A DNA stretch of 64,000 nucleotides from Dehalococcoidia bacterium. GTDB taxonomy: Bacteria > Chloroflexota > Dehalococcoidia > Lucifugimonadales > UBA3495. Location of the stretch: the NCBI GenBank assembly GCA_045562555.1, contig JBJKVO010000001.1, forward strand, positions 262,089-326,088. The letters are read 5' to 3'. The notes below the pieces were generated by a model that ran no database searches, was not told the DNA's origin, and worked only from the letters and a program-made list of their open reading frames with translations. The translations under genes and the position numbers were made by a program. Shown piece after piece: positions 47,435-56,773 of this stretch (the first letter of the stretch is position 1; each line of letters opens with the position of its first letter).

Positions 47435-48343
47435 TCAGAGCGAATTGAAAACCTTAACTGGTTTCCAGTTTCCTGATGAATAGTCGTGGGACATAATCGC
47501 CAAAAACGTTCCGGAAGGATTGTACGCACGGTGCAGAGGTATCATACTTGGATCGGATAAATTGGGGGTGTGCGCCTGTATTGTTTTTCCATGGAGGATG
47601 TTTAGTTCGTTGTTTGAAGAGATCCCGAGTTTGGGCATGTATGCGATCGGGGAATCAATCGGCTGGAGATATTGCGAAATAGCTTTTGGGTTCGAGCTGA
47701 TTGCGTCATGAATGGTATTTAGTTTGATTGAATCCTTGAGTTTAAATCCTGAAGATTGCTCCCTGATGAGTCCAACCATGTGTGCTCCACATCCTAATGA
47801 TCTGCCAAGGTCGTCTGCTAGGGACCTGATGTACGTGCCAGCCCCACAGGTTATACGCAATTCTACAAATGGTTCATTAAATGTGAGTAGATCAATGTTA
47901 TGGATATATACCCAACGTGGCTCTATCTCTACTAGGTCACCTTTCCTTGCATATTCGTATAAAGGCCTCCCTGCTTTTTTCAGCGCACTGTAAATTGGAG
48001 GGACCTGTTGTATGTTTCCTGTGTATTGAGGCAAGATCTGTTCGATCAGGCTGCGTGTTAGGCCTGAAGTAGGTGCGTGGGCGGTTATAGTGCCTTCAGC
48101 GTCATATGTAGTAGTTGATTCTCCCAATTTGATCTTCGCTTTATAAGTTTTAGATTCATGTAAGACATATTCAACTATTCTTGAGGCTTTGCCTATTGCA
48201 ATTGGGAGAACTCCTTCAGCTAACGGGTCAAGCGTGCCGCAGTGTCCTGTTTTAACATTCCCGAGAGGTTTTTTTATTTGCCTTACAACTTCCATGGAAG
48301 TTATTCCAGGAGGTTTATACACATTAATAAAACCATTGGTCAT
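47435..48343 (-). CDS. truB: tRNA pseudouridine(55) synthase
   Basis: VYKPPGITSMEVV and GHCGTLDPLAEGVLP. Confidence 0.9.
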   Translation of the reverse strand: MTNGFINVYKPPGITSMEVVRQIKKPLGNVKTGHCGTLDPLAEGVLPIAIGKASRIVEYVLHESKTYKAKIKLGESTTTYDAEGTITAHAPTSGLTRSLIEQILPQYTGNIQQVPPIYSALKKAGRPLYEYARKGDLVEIEPRWVYIHNIDLLTFNEPFVELRITCGAGTYIRSLADDLGRSLGCGAHMVGLIREQSSGFKLKDSIKLNTIHDAISSNPKAISQYLQPIDSPIAYMPKLGISSNNELNILHGKTIQAHTPNLSDPSMIPLHRAYNPSGTFLAIMSHDYSSGNWKPVKVFNSL

Positions 48344-48364
48344 GATAGAGCCTGATATGTAGAG

Positions 48365-48709
48365 TCAGTCTTGGTTGGCTTTGGAAATCAGTTTAAGGAG
48401 GTTATCCCCTATCTCTGCTGAGTTATCTAGCTTGAATGACAGAAAGGGAGTGTTTCTTAACATAATACGATTTCTTAAACTTCGTCTTAGGAAGCTTGCT
48501 GCCGACTTCATGCCTTCTAAGGCTTCATCTTGCTGTTGTTTGGTTCCTAGAACACTTATAAAAACTTGAGCGTTTTTCAGGTCTGGGGACACACTGACTT
48601 CTGTTATGGTGATTATGCCGTCTAGTCTTGGGTCATTAATGTCTTTGAGTAGTAATTGACTTATTTCTGTTCGAAGTGTTTCATTGATACGTTCTGTTCT
48701 TATGGTCAT
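48365..48709 (-). CDS. rbfA: ribosome-binding factor A
   Basis: RINETLRTEISQLL..DPRL..ITITEVSVSPDLKNAQVF. ATG 48709 has GGAGG 9 nt upstream, so it is preferred over the track start at 48730. Confidence 0.85.
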   Translation of the reverse strand: MTIRTERINETLRTEISQLLLKDINDPRLDGIITITEVSVSPDLKNAQVFISVLGTKQQQDEALEGMKSAASFLRRSLRNRIMLRNTPFLSFKLDNSAEIGDNLLKLISKANQD

Positions 48710-48736
48710 TTCAAAAAACCTCCAGTGCAACAGGCG

Positions 48737-50530
48737 TTATTGTTCTCGGTGGAATTCTAAGATGTCTCCTTCGACAAAGTCGTTGAAACTTTCTAACTGA
48801 ATTCCGCATTCCGTCCCAGTAGCCATTTCATTCACCTCATCTCGGAAATGTCTCAAGCTCAAGATTGAATAGTCTCCAATGACTTCTTCTTGACGAACAA
48901 GGCGAGCCATCGAGTTCTTAAGAGCTTTGCCATCGATGATTCTACATCCCCCGATAGCGGTGTTCTTCTTCCCTGGGAATATCTCTCTAATTTCTGCCTT
49001 CCCGATGTAAAGGTCGGTAATGCCACCATCAACCATACCTTCTACTGCTTTTTGCATGTCTTCTAGTAGTTGATAGATAATGTTGTAATGTCGTACTTCT
49101 ACTCCAGACCTTTCTGCAATCCTGCCTACATTTGGATCTTCTGCTAGTGAGAATGCGACTATTATAGCGTCTGATGCGCTTGCTAGTAGTATATCGGATT
49201 CATTGACTGCTCCACTGCCGGTGTGGATGACTTGGATTTGGACGTTATCTGATTCAATGGATTCGATGGATTGGTGTACAGCTTCAACACTTCCTTGCAC
49301 ATCTGCTTTTAAAACAAGATTTAATGTGCGTAATTCTCCAGAGTCGATCTTTTGAACGACTTCATTCAATGTCAGAGTTTTGGATGCCGAATTCAAGTTG
49401 GTTGTCTCGTTAATTTGTGATCTTGCGTCCCGTTCAGAATCTACAACGGTGATTATGGCTCCGGCTTCAGGAGTAGAACTCAACCCCAAAATTTCTACAG
49501 GTGTACCAGGCACGGCTTGGGTAGCTGATTCTGATAAATGATTAGTAAGAGCTCTTACTCGTCCCCAGCTATTCCCTGCAAGAATGTAGTCTCCTAGATT
49601 TAAGGTTCCCTCTTGTATGAGTACAGTAGCTATTGGACCTTTCTGTTTGTCTAGCTTAGCTTCGATTACCACGCCTGATGCTGGGCTACTATGGTCAGCA
49701 TGTAGTTCCAGTATTTCTGCTAGTAGCGTTATACTCTCTAGCAAATCGTCTATTCCTTCACCTGTTTTAGCAGACACTGGCACAGAAATGATGTCTCCTC
49801 CCCAATCTTCAACGAGTAGCTCCTGCTCACTTAATTGACGTTTTATTTTATCTAGGTCTGCTCCTGGGACGTCTATTTTGTTCATCGCTACTATCAGAGG
49901 AACATCGGCAGCTTTGGCATGGTTTATAGCTTCAATTGTCTGTGGCATGAGCCCATCGTCCGCTGCTACTACTAAAACGGCTATATCAGTTAGCCTTACT
50001 CCTCTAGATCTTATGGCTGTGAACGCAGCATGGCCAGGTGTGTCCAAGAATGTTATCTTTCCATTGTTATAATCTGCTTGGTATGCCCCTATGTGTTGGG
50101 TTATTCCGCCATGTTCTTTATCTGCTACATTGGTTTCTCTGATTTTATCCAGAAGTGATGTCTTTCCGTGATCTACATGGCCCAGGATTGTTACAACAGG
50201 CGGCCTTGCAGGAAGGTCTTTGTTAGACTTACCCGTGGCGCCAAGTTTTTTACTTGATGGTTTAGCAGTTTCTATATATCTAGCAGGAATACCATAGGCA
50301 TTTGTTATAAGTTTGGCTACTTGATGGTCAACTACTTGGTTCATGCCTGCCATAATACCGTTTCTCATTAATTGTTTGATGACATCGACCGGATCTTCAT
50401 CTATTAACTCAGCGAGGTTTTTGACGCTAATATTTTCAGGCAAAGCTAAAGCTCTACGAGTAGTTGATCTCGCAGGACTTTTAACATTTTCAACAGATTC
50501 GGTTTGAGTTTCGGATGAGTTTGAGTTCAT
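48737..50530 (-). CDS. infB: translation initiation factor IF-2
   Basis: [32 protein letters not shown]. Short N-terminal region (597 aa). Confidence 0.95.
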   Translation of the reverse strand: MNSNSSETQTESVENVKSPARSTTRRALALPENISVKNLAELIDEDPVDVIKQLMRNGIMAGMNQVVDHQVAKLITNAYGIPARYIETAKPSSKKLGATGKSNKDLPARPPVVTILGHVDHGKTSLLDKIRETNVADKEHGGITQHIGAYQADYNNGKITFLDTPGHAAFTAIRSRGVRLTDIAVLVVAADDGLMPQTIEAINHAKAADVPLIVAMNKIDVPGADLDKIKRQLSEQELLVEDWGGDIISVPVSAKTGEGIDDLLESITLLAEILELHADHSSPASGVVIEAKLDKQKGPIATVLIQEGTLNLGDYILAGNSWGRVRALTNHLSESATQAVPGTPVEILGLSSTPEAGAIITVVDSERDARSQINETTNLNSASKTLTLNEVVQKIDSGELRTLNLVLKADVQGSVEAVHQSIESIESDNVQIQVIHTGSGAVNESDILLASASDAIIVAFSLAEDPNVGRIAERSGVEVRHYNIIYQLLEDMQKAVEGMVDGGITDLYIGKAEIREIFPGKKNTAIGGCRIIDGKALKNSMARLVRQEEVIGDYSILSLRHFRDEVNEMATGTECGIQLESFNDFVEGDILEFHREQ

Positions 50531-50562
50531 CGAATCCCCCTTCAGTTTAGATCCAATTTTGA

Positions 50563-52107
50563 CTATCTAGCTGATCCTTTCGATCGTCTTTGATTATTCG
50601 AGCGGCCAGAGCCTCGTCTCCGAGAGCTACCGGTCCTTTCATTTTCTTCTACAATGTCTTCAGCGAACCGTATCAGTCCAGCATTTTGACCAAGTTGAGG
50701 GAACTCAAGGTTTCCATTATTGATGTCATCCATTTCTTCAAGGTCTTCGATCGTAAATTCGTCTAACTCGTCTATGGATAGTGACTCATCCAACTGTTCG
50801 GAAACTGTTTCTGATTGTTCTTCTTCTAATATCAGTGCTTCCAAGATAGCGTCTTCGTCTTCTTTGGAAATTGGAGGTTCGTCGGTTGTGGCAATTACGG
50901 TCTCTTCAATCTTTTCTTCTAAAATTGTAGCGTTTGAACTGTCATCGAGTGCTTCTGAGACTGCTTCAGCAACTACAGGCACTTCTTCGGGAATCTCAGG
51001 TTCTGCAGCTTTCTGCAGTGCCATTGCTTCTTCCATTTCCTTTCTGATAACTTCCCATTCTGCGTGACCTTTAATATCTAGCCTCCAACCTGTTAGCCTT
51101 GCGGCTAATCTGGCGTTTTGGCCGTCTTTACCAATTGCGAGGGACAGTTGTTTGTCAGGTACTACTACAGTGGCGGTAGGTTCGCCTTGAGCTAACTCTA
51201 CATGTAATACTTCAGATGGACTTATAGATCTTGATATGAATACCTTAGGATCAGAATCCCATTGGACTACATCGATTTTCTCGCCTTGCAGTTCATTAAC
51301 AATGCTTTGGATTCGGTTTCCGCGCACTCCTATGCATGATCCTACTGGGTCAATTCCATCTTGAGTGGTGGACACAGCTATTTTACTTCTCGATCCGGCT
51401 TCTCTGGCTACCGCTTGAATAGTAACCACTCCGCCGTTAATTTCAGGTACCTCTATCTCAAAAAGTCTCTTTAGCAAATCCGGATGGCTTCTTGATACAA
51501 TTATAGCTGGACCTTTGGCTGAATTTCTAACGTCTACTACAAATACTTTAGTTCTTTGCCCTTTCCTGTACCGCTCGACGTACACTTGTTCATCACCAGG
51601 CATTACAGCTTGGGCTCGTCCTAGTTCTATGATTACGGCTTTGCCTGGGTCTACTTGTTCAACAACTCCTGACATCACGGTGTCTTTGTGTTGATAGAAT
51701 TCCTCATACAATCTTTCTCTTTCTGCTTCACGTAATCTTTGAAGTACTACTTGTTTGGCAGTTTGGGCGGCAATCCTACTAGCATTGTGCGACAGTGGTT
51801 CTGACGTTTTGAATTCATCTCCTACTGATAGTCCAGGTTGCAGTTTCACAGCGTCTGTTAATTGTATTTCGATGGATGGATCGGATACTTCTTCCACAAC
51901 TGTTTTTAAAGAGTACACATTGATGTCACCGCTGTTTGGATCTAGAGTAACAGATATATTGTCTGCTGAATCAGGGTAGTCTTTCTTAAAAGCGGACGCT
52001 AAAGCCATTTCTATAGCTTCTAATACTTGTTCTTTGGGAAGATGGCGTTCTGATGCCAATTGGGTTAGTGCTATAAAGAAATCACTTTTCATCGACTTGT
52101 ACCCCAT
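50563..52107 (-). CDS. nusA: transcription termination/antitermination factor NusA
   Basis: N-terminal, S1 and two KH domains, followed by a long acidic C-terminal region and an Arg/Ser-rich tail. The start may be ATG 52092 ([12 protein letters not shown]...). Confidence 0.95.
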   Translation of the reverse strand: MGYKSMKSDFFIALTQLASERHLPKEQVLEAIEMALASAFKKDYPDSADNISVTLDPNSGDINVYSLKTVVEEVSDPSIEIQLTDAVKLQPGLSVGDEFKTSEPLSHNASRIAAQTAKQVVLQRLREAERERLYEEFYQHKDTVMSGVVEQVDPGKAVIIELGRAQAVMPGDEQVYVERYRKGQRTKVFVVDVRNSAKGPAIIVSRSHPDLLKRLFEIEVPEINGGVVTIQAVAREAGSRSKIAVSTTQDGIDPVGSCIGVRGNRIQSIVNELQGEKIDVVQWDSDPKVFISRSISPSEVLHVELAQGEPTATVVVPDKQLSLAIGKDGQNARLAARLTGWRLDIKGHAEWEVIRKEMEEAMALQKAAEPEIPEEVPVVAEAVSEALDDSSNATILEEKIEETVIATTDEPPISKEDEDAILEALILEEEQSETVSEQLDESLSIDELDEFTIEDLEEMDDINNGNLEFPQLGQNAGLIRFAEDIVEENERTGSSRRRGSGRSNNQRRSKGSAR

Positions 52108-52140
52108 CTTTTACTTTTTTTTCGTGCGTTAATCAGCAAG

Positions 52141-52163
52141 AAAGCGGGTCTAACCCGCCTTTG
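52141..52163 (-). terminator. candidate intrinsic terminator downstream of the cysK-like gene
   Basis: On the minus strand: GGCGGG-TTAGA-CCCGC followed by TTTCTT. Confidence 0.4.
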
Positions 52164-52236
52164 TTACATTCTAGCACTCATACAATATTGTTTCAACCGG
52201 CGTTAAGGTTTTCGAGTAACTTTTATAACGAATTGC

Positions 52237-53187
52237 TTACCACCAGATTTTACCTTTGGAGTCCTCAGCTAATTGAGGGTAATCTTTGGTCCATAAGCTT
52301 GTGCTCAGGTATTTCCATCCTCCGTCTGCTAAAAGACATACTATTTTGCCTTGTTTTATCCTTTCTGCCTGTTTTATCGCTCCATATACTACTGAGCCAC
52401 AGGAAATACCAGCGAAAATACCTTCTTTCTCTAATAGATCTTTGGTGGTTTTGAAAGCGTCGAAACTACTTATAAGGAGCCTTGCATCTAGTACGTTAAT
52501 ATCTAATATTGGAGGTATAAAACCATCTTCTAATTTGCGCAGTCCAGAGATCAGATCATCTGGTTCTGGGGCAACAGCAATCACTTTTATGTTGGGATTT
52601 TGTTCTTTCAAGTACTTACCTGTTCCCGTTAAAGTCCCTCCTGTTCCCAAACCAGCTATGAACATGTCTACATCGGGCAAGGAATGTAATATTTCAGGAC
52701 CAGTACCTTCGTAATGGGCTCCCGGGTTTGCTGAGTTCCCATATTGGTACGGCATGTAATAATCGTCAGAATTCTTCGATATTATGTCTTGAGCTAATTC
52801 TATAGAACCATTGCTGCCTTTTTCTCCTTCCGAATAAATGATGCTTGCGCCATATGCCTCCAAGAGCTGAGTCCGTTCTTCGCTGACATTGTCAGGCATT
52901 ACCACTGTGACCTTGTATCCTTTTAGTTTTCCTACTAACGCTATTGAAATACCGGTGTTTCCACTAGTTGGTTCAAGGATAGTACGGCTTGGCGAGATTT
53001 CACCATGGGTTTCTGCTTGAGTTATCATCTTTAATGCGATTCTGTCTTTGACGGAACCTGTAGGGTTTTGTCCCTCAAGCTTCACATATATATCCACGTC
53101 CGGATTAGGGCTCATATGATTTAACTTTACAATAGGGGTACAACCTATCGTTTGCAAGATGCTATTTTGGTATTTGATTGTGCTCAT
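52237..53187 (-). CDS. cysK: cysteine synthase (CysK/CysM family, PLP-dependent)
   Basis: NPTGSVKDR (PLP Lys), TSGNTGIS, GTGGTLTG, ADGGWKYLST. Confidence 0.85.
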   Translation of the reverse strand: MSTIKYQNSILQTIGCTPIVKLNHMSPNPDVDIYVKLEGQNPTGSVKDRIALKMITQAETHGEISPSRTILEPTSGNTGISIALVGKLKGYKVTVVMPDNVSEERTQLLEAYGASIIYSEGEKGSNGSIELAQDIISKNSDDYYMPYQYGNSANPGAHYEGTGPEILHSLPDVDMFIAGLGTGGTLTGTGKYLKEQNPNIKVIAVAPEPDDLISGLRKLEDGFIPPILDINVLDARLLISSFDAFKTTKDLLEKEGIFAGISCGSVVYGAIKQAERIKQGKIVCLLADGGWKYLSTSLWTKDYPQLAEDSKGKIWW

Positions 53188-53205
53188 TTATGTTCCTCAT
53201 TTTAA

Positions 53206-53237
53206 TTAAAAAAGCCCTCTTCATTCGGAGAGGGCTT
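53206..53237 (-). terminator. intrinsic terminator between the moeB-like and cysK-like genes (part of a terminator/antiterminator leader)
   Basis: On the minus strand: AAGCCCTCT-CCGAATGA-AGAGGGCTT followed by TTTT. It ends about 20 nt before the cysK RBS GAGGAA. Confidence 0.7.
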
Positions 53238-53326
53238 AATTGAAATATGCATAAAGCCCTGTCCTACAATGGCGAACACAGGCAACAACAGATTAAATTA
53301 CAACCGGAAAGACTGGCAGAAATCAT

Positions 53327-54160
53327 TTATGACATCGCTGGAGTATCTGCGGTAATACCACAGAAGATTTCATAGTCGATTAGTTCTGTAACCGTAGGAT
53401 TGTCTCCACAAAGTGGACAGTTTGGGTTCCTTTTTAGTTTAAATTCTCGAAAGGTCATGCTCAGGGCATCAATTATAAGCAACCGAGACTCGAGGCTTTC
53501 CCCTATCCCCAATATATATTTCAGGGCTTCTGTAGATTGGATACTACCTACTAATCCTGTTAATGCTCCTAACACTCCTGCTTCTGCGCAGTTTGGGACC
53601 ATTCCAGGAGGAGGAGGCGAGGGGAACAGACATCTATAACAACCATTTCCAGGGGTAAATACAGTTGATTGTCCATCAAATATTAATATGCTGCCATCTA
53701 TTAAGGGTTTCCCCAATAAATAGCACGCGTCATTTACTAGGTATCTGGTAGCAAAGTTGTCTGCGCCATTAATTACCATATCATATTGTTCGATGATTTC
53801 CATGGCGTTCTCAGACTCTAGTCGTGTTTCATGAAGAACTACATGTGTGTCTGGGTTATAGGCTTTGATGTTATCTCTGGCTGAGTCCAGTTTCGATCTG
53901 CCAACATCTGATGTGTGGTGTAGCACCTGCCTTTGTAAGTTGGACAAGTCAACCACGTCGAAGTCAACTAATCCGATGGTGCCAACACCTGCTAGTGCCA
54001 GATATATGGCGGATGGAGATCCGAGCCCGCCTGCTCCAAGTATCAATACTTTGGCGTCGAGCAGTTTTCTTTGGCCACTGCTTCCTACATCATTCATTAT
54101 AAGATGCCTGGAATATCTTTTTACTTGTTCTGGAGTAAGAGTTATTGGTTTGTCATTCAT
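53327..54160 (-). CDS. moeB: ThiF/MoeB/HesA-family E1-like adenylyltransferase (no rhodanese domain)
   Basis: RYSRHLIM..., LILGAGGLGSP, NLQRQ, and the zinc motifs CYRC and CPLC. ATG 54160 (MNDKPITL...) is preferred. The track GTG at 54205 lies inside a 12-bp hairpin. Confidence 0.8.
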   Translation of the reverse strand: MNDKPITLTPEQVKRYSRHLIMNDVGSSGQRKLLDAKVLILGAGGLGSPSAIYLALAGVGTIGLVDFDVVDLSNLQRQVLHHTSDVGRSKLDSARDNIKAYNPDTHVVLHETRLESENAMEIIEQYDMVINGADNFATRYLVNDACYLLGKPLIDGSILIFDGQSTVFTPGNGCYRCLFPSPPPPGMVPNCAEAGVLGALTGLVGSIQSTEALKYILGIGESLESRLLIIDALSMTFREFKLKRNPNCPLCGDNPTVTELIDYEIFCGITADTPAMS

Positions 54161-54191
54161 ATTATTAATCCCACATTTTGTGATTAACGCT

Positions 54192-54220
54192 AAAACACCC
54201 TCCACTTAGGAGGGTGTTTT
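54192..54220 (-). terminator. terminator-like hairpin in the moeB-like leader
   Basis: On the minus strand: AAAACACCCTCC-TAAGT-GGAGGGTGTTTT (12-bp perfect stem plus U-tract), 32 nt upstream of the ATG. The structure is symmetric, so it could act in both directions. Confidence 0.65.
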
Positions 54221-54300
54221 AAGATTCGCGCGCAGTTACCCTCCAATTACATATGGAGTTTCGTACAGGCGCAATTCACAATTATTTGTTTCATACTTAA

Positions 54301-54329
54301 AGTGTAATAATGGATATATTAATTGTCAA
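54301..54329 (-). promoter_or_regulatory. candidate promoter of the moeB-like leader
   Basis: On the minus strand: TTGACA (54329-54324), 17 nt, TACACT (54306-54301). Confidence 0.4.
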
Positions 54330-54395
54330 ACCATATGTGCATTAATTAGAACACTTTTTAGATTCTAAAATAGGACGTTATAATAGAATAAAATA

Positions 54396-54815
54396 TTGTG
54401 TGTGAGTATCCCTAATATGTTAAAAACAGCAGTTAAATCCCTAGGTGTCATGTTTCTTGCATGGACCGTATGCGTCCCTGTCCTGTTGATTCCGGGGGTT
54501 CATTTTCTTTTAATCGTTATTGTTCCTTTGGTGCCATTCGTAGTGTCTTACCGTCAAGCTCAGAAAACTTCAACCCAGGCAAATAGTGTTGGCATGGATG
54601 GGCTGACTTTTGGGTTTGTAATCGGCGTGGCAATTCTGCTTGGATTAATAATTTTATTAGTGTTAGGTAGTCAATTAGACTGGTATAAGTTTGAAGGTAG
54701 AACGCGAGCGATCGTGTGGATCGTGGTGTTGATAGCTCCTCTTTATAGTGGAAGCATGTCAGCATTAGGCTTCATGTACGGCATTTTGAAGAAAACGAAG
54801 TCCGAGGGTAGTTGA
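54396..54815 (+). CDS. hypothetical integral membrane protein
   Basis: About 4 TM segments and no recognisable motif. The start may be ATG 54417. Confidence 0.3.
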   Translation: MCVSIPNMLKTAVKSLGVMFLAWTVCVPVLLIPGVHFLLIVIVPLVPFVVSYRQAQKTSTQANSVGMDGLTFGFVIGVAILLGLIILLVLGSQLDWYKFEGRTRAIVWIVVLIAPLYSGSMSALGFMYGILKKTKSEGS

Positions 54816-54822
54816 TATTGCA

Positions 54823-55170
54823 ATGGTCTTGAATGCGATCACATTGAATGTCTCGGATATGAATAAGTCCGTCCATTTCTACAAAGATTTGTTAGGCCTA
54901 GAACTAATATATGGTGGCTACGATAGCACGTTTTCTTCCCTAAGAATGTCTAGTTCTTTCATAAATCTCAGTTTAAACCACGGTCCTATTGCCATCGGGT
55001 GGGGACGGTTCATCATTCATGTTGGAGACGTGGATGAAATGTTTGCTGCTTTAAAATGTACAGAAGTGCTTATAGAAAACGAACCTCAAGATGCGGAATG
55101 GAATGAGAGGTATATCCATCTGAAAGACCCGGATGGCCATGATTTAAGCTTGGCTACGCCGATTCAGTAA
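54823..55170 (+). CDS. VOC/glyoxalase-family protein
   Basis: 115 aa. LNVSDMNKSVHFYKDLLGL N-terminal beta-alpha-beta-beta-beta module and ...DPDGHDL. Confidence 0.7.
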   Translation: MVLNAITLNVSDMNKSVHFYKDLLGLELIYGGYDSTFSSLRMSSSFINLSLNHGPIAIGWGRFIIHVGDVDEMFAALKCTEVLIENEPQDAEWNERYIHLKDPDGHDLSLATPIQ

Positions 55171-55675
55171 ACAGAGTTGTAGGTAAAGTTTTTTTGAAGT
55201 GTACCGCAGTTATTAGCCCATGAACTGTACGGTCATATTCTTCGAACCCGTTTTTCTGATATAGGTTGATAGCTGGGATTTGTACGGTAGTAGTAGTTAG
55301 TCTTAGGATATCGTATTCATGGTTTATGCAAAAGTTTTCCGCGGTTTTCAGAAGGTTAGATGCAACGCTACTTCTCCGACTAGATTCTGACACGCTCATT
55401 CTCCTAAGCTCTGCCGTGTCTACAGTGATTTTTTTAATTGCAGTCATCCCTATTATTACGTCGTCTGCGACAGCTACCCAAAAATTGGACCCATCCTCTT
55501 CCAGATAGGTGGATTCAATAGTGGAAAGGTCTGTATTTAGAGATTCGGAAATATAGGGTTGGATATCGAATCCTTTTGGATATACCAATTTGATTAACCC
55601 GTTTGTAAACAATGTGCGCACCACAGCATAATCTGCACTTTCGTATTCGCGGATTCGGACAGTGTTTCCAGACAT
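55154..55675 (-). CDS. GNAT-family N-acetyltransferase
   Basis: IREYESADY..., ...LRRMSVSESSRRSSVASNLL (acetyl-CoA-binding R/Q-x-x-G-x-A/G-like segment), YQKNGF. Confidence 0.75.
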   Translation of the reverse strand: MSGNTVRIREYESADYAVVRTLFTNGLIKLVYPKGFDIQPYISESLNTDLSTIESTYLEEDGSNFWVAVADDVIIGMTAIKKITVDTAELRRMSVSESSRRSSVASNLLKTAENFCINHEYDILRLTTTTVQIPAINLYQKNGFEEYDRTVHGLITAVHFKKTLPTTLFTESA

Positions 55676-55679
55676 GTGA

Positions 55680-56762
55680 TTATTGATTAATCAGGAAATT
55701 GATAATATCGCCATCTTGGACTTCATATGTTTTCCCTTCTGATTTACACAACCCTTCTTTTTTGCTTTCAGTCCATCCCCCGCATCGCATCAGATTATCA
55801 TAAGTAACTACCTCGGCTTTTACGAATCCTTTAATAAAGTCTGTATGGATTGCACCAGCTGCCTCAGGAGCAGTAAAGTTAGCTCCTATGGGCCATGCTC
55901 GCACCTCATCTTGTCCAACTGTTAAGAATGATATTAGATTAAGCCCTGAATAAGTGGCGCTGACTATCTGATCACAAGCAGATTTTTCTAACCCTAGATC
56001 AGTCCTGAATTCCATTTCTTCTTCTGGGGACATCTGTGATAATTCTGATTCTGTTTGTGCAGGAACTGAGATTTCGGATAATGGTCCGTTGTAGGTAGTT
56101 ATATTATCGATGAGGTGTATCGCTTCTCCTGATTCGCCAATGTTATATACAACTATTACGGGTTTGCTAGTCAAAAATTGGTAATTAGATAAGAATTGAG
56201 TATCAGGAAGAGTATTTTCTATAGTAGATACAGGGTTATTTTGTTCAAGAGACTGTTTAATTTGAATCATCGTTTCGATTTGTCGTTCAACACTGGGTCG
56301 TTCTTCAGGTTTCGCCTTCTTAAACCCTTCCTGTAATCTAGTTAGTGCATTATCAGCCATCTCCAAATCCGAATATATGAGTTCTTCTAAGATTCCATTT
56401 ATGTCTCGAAGAGGATCTATATCTCCTTTGATATGAGCTATGAACGGGCTTTCAAATGCTCTTATACATATAAGTAAAGCGTCTGCTGATTGCAATATAT
56501 TTCTATATCTCCCAGATACACTTTCTGTAGAAACTCCACTTTCCATTCCTGGAGGGTCCCAGTATTTGATTTCAGCAGGTATAACCTTTTGAGGATTGTA
56601 CATCTCCGCAAGTTTATCCAGCCTGTCATCTGGCACCTTGGCTGTACCAATTTTCATGTCTATTCCATTCCCAATACCTGACGTTGCAGATACGCCCTTA
56701 GTCAAAGCATCGAATAATGAACTTTTACCGCTCTGGGGTAATCCAATAATTACTATTTCCAT
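55680..56762 (-). CDS. ychF: redox-regulated ribosome-binding ATPase YchF
   Basis: IGLPQSGKSSLFDALT P-loop and C-terminal TGS-like ...RAWPI..GA.AP.AAG.IH.DF..GF. Confidence 0.9.
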   Translation of the reverse strand: MEIVIIGLPQSGKSSLFDALTKGVSATSGIGNGIDMKIGTAKVPDDRLDKLAEMYNPQKVIPAEIKYWDPPGMESGVSTESVSGRYRNILQSADALLICIRAFESPFIAHIKGDIDPLRDINGILEELIYSDLEMADNALTRLQEGFKKAKPEERPSVERQIETMIQIKQSLEQNNPVSTIENTLPDTQFLSNYQFLTSKPVIVVYNIGESGEAIHLIDNITTYNGPLSEISVPAQTESELSQMSPEEEMEFRTDLGLEKSACDQIVSATYSGLNLISFLTVGQDEVRAWPIGANFTAPEAAGAIHTDFIKGFVKAEVVTYDNLMRCGGWTESKKEGLCKSEGKTYEVQDGDIINFLINQ

Positions 56763-56773
56763 CTTCTAATAAA

